A stretch of DNA of 35,822 nucleotides, taken from UHGV virus genome UHGV-1355336, one strand, 5' to 3'. Within the stretch, counting starts at the first letter, position 1. Every line of letters begins with the position of its first letter. The stretch is from a virus. Positions 31,504 through 35,822 of the stretch are shown one piece after another. Both the position numbers and the translations under genes were made by a program. The notes below the pieces were generated by a model, which did not search any database, was not told where the DNA came from, and worked only from the letters and a program-made list of their open reading frames with translations.

Positions 31504-31529
31504 ACCCCTCTCCGGAGGGGTATTTTTTG
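31504..31529 (+). terminator. Intrinsic terminator (ACCCCTC-TCCG-GAGGGGT then ATTTTTT)
   Basis: Read directly in ORF-poor DNA upstream of the holin. Confidence 0.6.
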
Positions 31530-31960
31530 GATAAAAAAGCCCGCGCTGGGAGGCACGGGCGGCAAGGAATAAAACGTGAAGAAATTTTCACAGGCGCATA
31601 ATAATCCGATGTTGCCAGATTTTGCAACTGCATCATCTGGTTATTATGTGAGCTGGAAAATCAGATTCTGTATGGACTGAAGCCATGCTGTTATTTAGGG
31701 CCAAAGAGCTGGCTTTTTCCCGCCTTCTCTCCAGTAACGATTAATGAGAAAAGAATGAAATGCTTTTCCTGGGGAGGAGGGCAGTAGAAAAAAGAACCCG
31801 CCAGCAAAAATATGGGGGATGAACAGCTTTTGCTACTCAGGTTGCTGGCGGGTATGGTTCTTCATGAAATAAGAATGTTACGCGGTATTTTTAATGAAAA
31901 TGATAATTATTGTCAATTGGTTGTGCGTATTTTTTCATACATGACTGGTAAAGGTGATTC

Positions 31961-31996
31961 AGGCCATCAGAGTTTTGCTGATGGCCTTTTTTCTTT
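31961..31996 (+). terminator. Intrinsic terminator (AGGCCATCAG-agttttg-CTGATGGCCT then TTTTTCTTT) 30 nt before the holin start
   Basis: 10-bp perfect stem; U-rich tail. Confidence 0.6.
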
Positions 31997-32025
31997 CCGG
32001 TAGCACAGGTCTGTTGGGGCGGGAT

Positions 32026-32241
32026 ATGTATCAGATGGAAAAAATATCAACAGGCATTGCCTACGGCACCTCCGCAGGCAGTGCTGGCTACTGGTTTTTA
32101 CAATGGCTTGATCAGGTTAGTCCGTCTCAGTGGGCTGCGATTGGTGTACTGGGAAGTCTGGTTCTGGGCTTTCTGACTTATCTGACGAATCTGTACTTCA
32201 AAATCAGAGAAGACAGAAGAAAGGCTGCGAGAGGAGAGTAA
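32026..32241 (+). CDS. S: Class II pinholin (phage 21 S-type) with dual-start motif
   Basis: [71 protein letters not shown] (71 aa), two TMDs, Met1/Met4 starts; matches recalled S21. Confidence 0.9.
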   Translation: MYQMEKISTGIAYGTSAGSAGYWFLQWLDQVSPSQWAAIGVLGSLVLGFLTYLTNLYFKIREDRRKAARGE

Positions 32242-32245
32242 TATA

Positions 32246-32590
32246 ATGGTCCAAAACTATGAAATGATTGTGAAAGGGATCCGCAATTTTGAGAATAAAG
32301 TTACGGTAACTTTAGCATTACAGGACAAAGAACGCTTTGACGGTGAAATTTTTGACCTGGACATCTCGCTGGACCGTGTTGAAGGTGCCGCGCTGGAGTT
32401 TTATGAGGCAGCAGCCAGAAGGAGCATCAGACAGGTCTTCCTGGATGTTGCTACCGGGTTATGTGGAGGGGATGAGCAGTCGCCGGAAAAGCGCCCCATA
32501 ATTTTAGAGGCGCAGAGTGTGTGGATAACCTACAAAGGAAAACTGCCGGGAAGAATTACTGGTTCACTGAAGACTCCGCCGAAATGGTAA
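32246..32590 (+). CDS. Unknown protein inserted between holin and endolysin (possibly YdfR-like)
   Basis: 114 aa; SD AGGAGA 7 nt before ATG; co-directional with the lysis genes. Confidence 0.5.
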   Translation: MVQNYEMIVKGIRNFENKVTVTLALQDKERFDGEIFDLDISLDRVEGAALEFYEAAARRSIRQVFLDVATGLCGGDEQSPEKRPIILEAQSVWITYKGKLPGRITGSLKTPPKW

Positions 32591-32828
32591 TTTCACCAGC
32601 ATATTTTTCCTCCAGTAATACCGCCAGCCACTTGAAAGAATTTTGTTGTTGCTGGGACCATTTGGGATTGATTGATTCAAGCTGGAGCGATGCCAGTGTT
32701 GGTTGCATTTGTTCCTTGGGAATTGAGAATGCCAGATATGAAAATGCGACAGTAAGGGCATTTACATCATCCCGAAGCCTGGAAATGCAGTCGAGCAACT
32801 CCTGTAGAGAAATGGTGCTATTGTCCAT
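32556..32828 (-). CDS. Unknown small protein, convergent with the previous ORF
   Basis: ATG at 32828 with SD-like AGAGAGGA 6 nt upstream; 90 aa; 3' ends of the two ORFs overlap by ~35 nt. Confidence 0.35.
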   Translation of the reverse strand: MDNSTISLQELLDCISRLRDDVNALTVAFSYLAFSIPKEQMQPTLASLQLESINPKWSQQQQNSFKWLAVLLEEKYAGEITISAESSVNQ

Positions 32829-32933
32829 AAACAATCCTCTCTATTGTATTTAACTATTCCTTGCCTGATTCAACAGGCCGGGACAGATAAACATATCCAG
32901 GGTTCAGAAACCGATAAATCCTGATAAATATCC

Positions 32934-33467
32934 ATGAACGCAAAAATCAGATACGGCCTGTCGGCTGCCGTTCTGGCACTGATTGCCGTCGGTGCGCCTG
33001 CGCCTGATATTCTCGACCAGTTTCTGGATGAAAAAGAAGGTAACCACACAACGGCATACCGCGATGGTTCCGGCATCTGGACCATCTGTCGGGGTGCCAC
33101 GGTGGTGGATGGAAAACCCGTTGTTCCCGGTATGAAACTGTCGAAGGAAAAATGCGACCAGGTTAACGCCATTGAACGGGATAAGGCGCTGGCATGGGTG
33201 GAGCGCAATATTAAAGTGCCACTGACCGAACCACAGAAAGCGGGTATCGCGTCATTTTGTCCCTATAACATTGGCCCCGGTAAGTGTTTCCCGTCGACGT
33301 TTTATAAGCGGCTGAATGCCGGTGATCGTAAAGGTGCATGCGAGGCGATTCGCTGGTGGATAAAAGATGGTGGGCGCGATTGCCGCATACGTTCAAATAA
33401 CTGCTATGGACAGGTTATTCGTCGTGACCAGGAAAGCGCATTAGCCTGTTGGGGGATAGATCAGTGA
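32934..33467 (+). CDS. R: SAR endolysin (phage 21 R-type lysozyme)
   Basis: N-terminal SAR segment [16 protein letters not shown]; catalytic region [20 protein letters not shown] of T4-lysozyme-like enzymes. Confidence 0.9.
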   Translation: MNAKIRYGLSAAVLALIAVGAPAPDILDQFLDEKEGNHTTAYRDGSGIWTICRGATVVDGKPVVPGMKLSKEKCDQVNAIERDKALAWVERNIKVPLTEPQKAGIASFCPYNIGPGKCFPSTFYKRLNAGDRKGACEAIRWWIKDGGRDCRIRSNNCYGQVIRRDQESALACWGIDQ

Positions 33468-33925
33468 GCAGAGTCGCCGCGATTATTTATGCTCTGGTTA
33501 TCTGCATCATCGTCTGCCTGTCATGGGCTGTTAATCATTACCGTGATAACGCAATCGCCTACAAAGCCCTGCGCGACAAAAATGCCAGAGAACTGAAGCT
33601 GGCGAACGCGGCAATTACTGACATGCAGATGCGTCAGCGTGATGTTGCTGCGCTCGATGCAAAATACACGAAGGAGTTAGCTGATGCGAAAGCTGAAAAT
33701 GATGCTCTGCGTGATGATGTTGCCGCTGGTCGTCGTCGGTTGCACATCAAAGCAGTCTGTCAGTCAGTGCGTGAAGCCACCACCGCCTCCGGCGTGGATA
33801 ATGCAGCCTCCCCCCGACTGGCAGACACCGCTGAACGGGATTATTTCACCCTCAGAGAGAGGCTGATCACTATGCAAAAACAACTGGAAGGAACCCAGAA
33901 GTATATTAATGAGCAGTGCAGATAG
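33464..33925 (+). CDS. Rz: Spanin inner-membrane subunit Rz
   Basis: GTG start overlapping the endolysin stop (GTGA); N-terminal [22 protein letters not shown]; coiled-coil periplasmic part; contains an embedded Rz1. Confidence 0.85.
   Translation: MSRVAAIIYALVICIIVCLSWAVNHYRDNAIAYKALRDKNARELKLANAAITDMQMRQRDVAALDAKYTKELADAKAENDALRDDVAAGRRRLHIKAVCQSVREATTASGVDNAASPRLADTAERDYFTLRERLITMQKQLEGTQKYINEQCR
33684..33866 (+). CDS. Rz1: Spanin outer-membrane lipoprotein Rz1 (embedded in Rz, +1 frame)
   Basis: Lipobox LVVVGC, proline-rich mature part ([18 protein letters not shown]); fully inside Rz. Confidence 0.8.
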   Translation: MRKLKMMLCVMMLPLVVVGCTSKQSVSQCVKPPPPPAWIMQPPPDWQTPLNGIISPSERG

Positions 33926-33956
33926 AGTTGCTCATATCGATGGGCAACTCATGCAA

Positions 33957-34250
33957 TTATTTTGAGCAATACACCCGCGCTTCCAGCGGAGTATAAATGC
34001 CAAAAGTGATGAAACCGAGCAATCCATTTACGAATGTTTGCTGGGTTTCTGTTTTAACCACATTTTCTGCACCACCACAAATTTTTGCTGCATCGACAGT
34101 TTTCTTCTGCCCAATTCCCGAAACGAAGAAATGATGGGTGATGGTTTCCTTTGGTGTTACTGCTGTCGGTTTGTTTCCAACAGTAAACGTCTGTTGAGCA
34201 CATCCTGTAATAAGCATTGCCAGAGCGGCAGAAAACAACATTTTTTTCAT
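33957..34250 (-). CDS. bor: Bor lipoprotein (serum-resistance-associated)
   Basis: MKKMLFSAALAMLITGCAQQTFTVGNKPTAVTPKETITHHFFVSGIGQKKTVDAAKICGGAENVVKTETQQTFVNGLLGFITFGIYTPLEARVYCSK matches recalled lambda Bor (97 aa). Confidence 0.85.
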   Translation of the reverse strand: MKKMLFSAALAMLITGCAQQTFTVGNKPTAVTPKETITHHFFVSGIGQKKTVDAAKICGGAENVVKTETQQTFVNGLLGFITFGIYTPLEARVYCSK

Positions 34251-34730
34251 CTTATTATCCTGCATTGTTAAAAACGGCAGAATCCTATGTGACAACAATT
34301 AAACGATAGTTAAATGGATTGATGAAAATTAAAACTACACAGGTGAGCTCAGACGATTGGAGGGAGTTGGGGACACTCAGAATCCTGTAGAATGAAATAA
34401 ACCGGTCTATCCGTCCATTACCCTTTTAGCTGCGCTGTATCGTCGCCGTATTCCCGCATTAACCATGACCGTAGCCCGACGGGGAATTCCTTCTGCGTGA
34501 GTGTGCGGGAATAATTAAAAACGATGCACACCGGGTTTTTACCGCGTTAATGATTCGCGGATTTATCCCGGTGCGATGGTGGAAGAAACCGGAAGCTGTA
34601 TTACAGAAAGTGCTACTACTGTATCCCGATGCGATGTATGTAATGTGAGTCAGATAATGGCACAGGATGTGGTGATGTGGCAGTCTGGAACACAGGATAT
34701 ATTGTCAGAATAAGACCCGTAGGAATAAAA

Positions 34731-35057
34731 ATGAAAAGACGCCTTTTACTACTTTTTCTGTTATCTGTCCTAGCAGTGGGATGCTCGCAGCAAAAAGCTG
34801 ATGAGCCCCGGCAATTAGTGACGGTGTATCCACGATATCCGGAATATGCTGCAGCAAATTATATCAAGGGGCTGGTTGAGGTTAAGTTCGATATTGGTGC
34901 TGATGGGACTGTGACACGGATCGTTTTTCTCCGCTCAGAGCCTCATAATTTGTTTCGTGATGAAGTGGTGAAGGCCATGGCGAAATGGCGATTTGAAAAG
35001 AATCGTCCCTGTCAGGGAGTGAAGAGACAATTTATCTTTACGCCGTCACGTCCCTGA
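34731..35057 (+). CDS. Lipoprotein with TonB C-terminal-like domain
   Basis: Signal peptide plus lipobox MKRRLLLLFLLSVLAVGC; YPRYPEYAAANYIKGLVEVKFDIGADGTVTRIVFLRSEPHNLFRDEVVKAMAKWRF fits the TonB_C pattern; SD AGGAA upstream. Confidence 0.55.
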   Translation: MKRRLLLLFLLSVLAVGCSQQKADEPRQLVTVYPRYPEYAAANYIKGLVEVKFDIGADGTVTRIVFLRSEPHNLFRDEVVKAMAKWRFEKNRPCQGVKRQFIFTPSRP

Positions 35058-35179
35058 TGCTTCCAGGTAGAGAGGGGCTGGAAGCAGGAGAAAAATGAAA
35101 GAGCCAGCGGTTATATTTTTGTCATGGCTGACGAGGAATGATGGAAGAAGGCGTTGTATGCCACACAACGCCTCACTGT

Positions 35180-35533
35180 TCATTTCTTCTTTTTCTCTAG
35201 TGGAACCCGATGAATAAGAGTTGCACTGGTTTCCGATGAGATGGCGATATACTCGGGCAAAGTATGCTGGCAGTTTTCCAACTGGTCAAAAATACCTGCT
35301 CTCGTCTGTTGCAATGCCTGCAGCATGCGGCGGCAATGCGCCTTGCTTTTGCTAACCATCTTTCCTTCCTCTATCAGTCGCTGCGTGAACTCATCATGGA
35401 ATACCAGGTAAATGCGGATGTTATCGGTTTTGGCTACGCAGCATAGTACAAAACGGACAGGTGCATCCCGGGACGGGGGAGGCGTCACATGTCCCTGTGA
35501 TGGTTGTTCCGGGTAATGCACTGTGTGGGGCAT
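35180..35533 (-). CDS. Hypothetical protein (start uncertain)
   Basis: Open frame only; overlaps the neighbouring - strand ORF; no recognisable motif. Confidence 0.25.
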   Translation of the reverse strand: MPHTVHYPEQPSQGHVTPPPSRDAPVRFVLCCVAKTDNIRIYLVFHDEFTQRLIEEGKMVSKSKAHCRRMLQALQQTRAGIFDQLENCQHTLPEYIAISSETSATLIHRVPLEKKKK

Positions 35534-35672
35534 AAAAATGTCCGATAATTTTACTTTCTACCGCAGTTAGTTGATTCGTTGGTCCTGGTAGCACATTGGG
35601 CGAGGATTTAAATGCCAGGCAACTGAAGGATGATGTTGCAAGGGAGATAGCGAGAATATTTCTGATTTTCAT
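35421..35672 (-). CDS. Small secreted hypothetical protein
   Basis: Start at MKIRNILAISLATSSFSCLA (signal-peptide-like); ~83 aa. Confidence 0.3.
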   Translation of the reverse strand: MKIRNILAISLATSSFSCLAFKSSPNVLPGPTNQLTAVESKIIGHFYAPHSALPGTTITGTCDASPVPGCTCPFCTMLRSQNR

Positions 35673-35822
35673 TTGATGATGCCTCTGTGTGAAATGACGG
35701 TAAACGACGCACTTGTGCCGGCACATAATAGCAAGCACCATAATAGATCAGATTCGATTCTTGCTGTAAGTGATAATTATTCTCGTTTTTCGGGTCCTTT
35801 CCGGCGATCCAACAGGCTACGG

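Noticed and set aside
31290-32003. ORFs 31290-31565 (-), 31375-31572 (+) and 31812-32003 (+)
   Set aside because: No convincing RBS, overlap strong terminator hairpins, translations look non-protein-like; treated as chance ORFs in a non-coding interval.
28660-32026. Shiga toxin genes or tRNA island between Q and S
   Set aside because: No ORFs resembling StxA/StxB and no tRNA-like T-arm or acceptor structures were found on reading the interval.
32521-32853. 110-aa + strand ORF overlapping the convergent - strand gene
   Set aside because: Cys/Ser-rich implausible translation and no RBS; the - strand ORF over the same DNA has the better start context.

Overview
This 35.8 kb window reads as a lambda-like (lambdoid) temperate phage genome in vegetative gene order, with a 100-N assembly gap at 25980-26079. 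Calls rest on reading the supplied ORF translations and the sequence by eye; no database search was run, so family names are recalled similarity. Coordinates of non-ORF features are approximate to a few nt. Layout: (1) tail module on + (L partial, K, I, J, lom, a 1118-aa Stf-type side tail fibre, tfa); (2) an AT-rich cargo region on - (SAM methyltransferase, tfa fragment, secreted alpha/beta hydrolase, near-canonical ompT); (3) an att core identical to the 3' 45 nt of tRNA-Arg(UCU) argU, directly followed by an IntD-like integrase and xis; (4) a leftward early operon of YfdP/Q/R/S/T-like genes behind a long structured leader with no N-like ORF; (5) immunity region: CI-like repressor, and a ParA-like ATPase in the rexAB-equivalent position, cleanly split by a 1195-bp IS5-family element with TTAG target duplication; (6) rightward early/replication genes (Cro/YdaS-like, YdaT-like, O-like initiator with internal iterons, LexA-DNA-binding-domain-only protein, RusA, KilA-N protein, DUF968, QuuQ-type Q); (7) a Q-to-lysis interval holding an unknown 176-aa protein, a small ORF, a DNA methyltransferase, and about 1.1 kb of ORF-free terminator-rich DNA; (8) a phage-21-type lysis cassette (pinholin, SAR endolysin, Rz/Rz1) with an inserted convergent gene pair between holin and endolysin, then bor and a TonB-C-domain lipoprotein. 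Phage DNA on both sides of the att core means this is either an attP-containing phage/excised genome or a junction of tandem prophages at argU. No stx genes, CRISPR array or intact tRNA gene were found. The strongest candidates for undescribed biology are the IS-disrupted ATPase, the N-less structured leader, the Q-S cargo and the holin-endolysin insertion.
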